Positions 9,085 through 10,052 of a stretch of DNA of 10,052 nt are shown one piece after another. Origin of the DNA: Octopus sinensis (Eukaryota); assembly GCF_006345805.1 (NCBI RefSeq), contig NW_021827660.1, positions 1-10,052 of the forward strand, given 5' to 3'. The translations under genes and the position numbers were made by a program. The notes below the pieces were generated by a model that was given only the letters and a program-made list of their open reading frames with translations, searched no databases and was not told where the DNA came from. Every line of letters begins with the position of its first letter. The first letter of the stretch is position 1.

Positions 9085-9239
9085 ACGACGACGACAAACA
9101 TAGGTCCAGAGGGATAGTCAAACATAGAAATGTCATTCATTTCGGAAAAGATTCGAAGGTCAAAAAGCACTATTCTTTATTCTTGGATAAAATGGAAAAA
9201 AATCTGATGCCTAAAATGATGAACAGTAAAATAACTACG
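9085..9239 (+). other. Candidate internal coding exon, product unknown
   Basis: Acceptor TTTTTCCTGTAG| (AG 9083-9084) and donor ACG|GTGAGA (GT 9240-9241). 155 nt = 2 + 51 codons, open: DDDKHRSRGIVKHRNVIHFGKDSKVKKHYSLFLDKMEKNLMPKMMNSKITT. No homology recognised. Confidence 0.2.
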
Positions 9240-9249
9240 GTGAGAACAC

Positions 9250-9325
9250 ATACTTATATTCATGCATACATGCATACTTATATAAATATATGTGTGTGTG
9301 TACACACACACACACGCACGCACAC
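9250..9325. repeat. TA/TG/CA microsatellite
   Basis: Direct reading. Confidence 0.8.
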
Positions 9326-9590
9326 ATTTTGAGAACCATGATAAACACAAGTTTATATAATTTGTTCCTCACGTACGTTTGACAGGTGTGGTTGTTTGGA
9401 ATCTCTGGATTAGATGTTCCAAGTGCCATTGGATGCTTGACAACAATGGATCATCAGGGGAACACTTTGTGAATGGCACGCCCAACGAAAAAGAATTACC
9501 CTGAATTTTTTAGTAAAGTGGTCCATCTGATGATGAGTTATATCTCGTGCGGCTAACTTCTCGAAAAAGCTACTCACGTCAGCTCCACAT

Positions 9591-9931
9591 TACCTGGATC
9601 ACTTGGATCGGCCAGGCTGTCTGGTCACAGCATTCGCTCAATTTCTCCCATGCTCTCATCATTCTCCTCCACGTTATTCCAAACATTTTTCTTAAATCAT
9701 ATTCCCACCTGATTGGAGGTCTTCCGACTGATCTCTCCCGCTCGTGCGGATACCACTTGACGACTGCATAGGTACCACTCGACGATTATCTGTGAACTTT
9801 GCGACATGACCGGCCCATCGTAGCTTTGTGTGGTAGCATTCTGCGACGACGTCCAGTTCTATCCCTGATCTCCTCGTTCCGGGTGTGATCTCTTAGCGAG
9901 ATTCCCAACATCCATGGCTCTCTGCGCCATA
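9591..9931 (-). mobile_element. 5'-truncated RTE-clade LINE (C-terminus of the RT ORF plus tandem-repeat tail) with a 10-bp TSD
   Basis: Minus strand across frameshifts: AQRAM / MLGISLRDHTRNEEIRDRTG (9852-9911) / KLRWAGHVAKFTDNR (9782-9826) / WYPHERERSVGRPPIRW (9705-9755), typical RTE C-terminal motifs. Tail GATCCAAGT-GATCCAGGT. Flanking direct repeats AGCTCCACAT (9581-9590) and AGCTCCATAT (9932-9941). Confidence 0.9.
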
Positions 9932-10052
9932 AGCTCCATATAGTCACTTTTATTCATTAGAAAGAACTCCAGATCTTCCTTAGATCTCATCCGCCGTCTT
10001 AAAGGAAGGAAACATTCGATAACAGAGTACCAAATGCACTGAAACCTGAAGA

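Noticed and set aside
9527-9566. CTGATGA...CTCGAAA hammerhead-like words
   Set aside because: A bulged helix II is possible, but helix I and helix III cannot both form.

Overview
AT-rich, repeat-dense eukaryotic DNA, intronic or intergenic. I recognise the SINE families from memory as those of a coleoid cephalopod (Octopus); this is inference, not a database result. Roughly a quarter of the window, by eye, is microsatellite (TA, CA/TG, TATC, CTA/TTA), and most ORFs in the supplied track are translations of these tracts. Supportable elements: a ~200-bp (TA)n-flanked unit at 11-211 containing a minimal type I hammerhead ribozyme fold with a non-canonical core (CUGUUGA); a decayed CR1-group LINE ORF2 3' end (3544-3918, minus); a 5'-truncated RTE LINE (9591-9931, minus) with a 10-bp target-site duplication; one CORE-type tRNA SINE (5830-6240, plus); and five copies or fragments of a second tRNA-SINE family. 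A low-repeat island at ~1680-2420 looks like a promoter or first exon (GTCACGTGAC, Kozak ACCATGG, tandem splice donors), and a splice-bounded open frame lies at 9085-9239; both are weak candidates. No known host gene is recognised.
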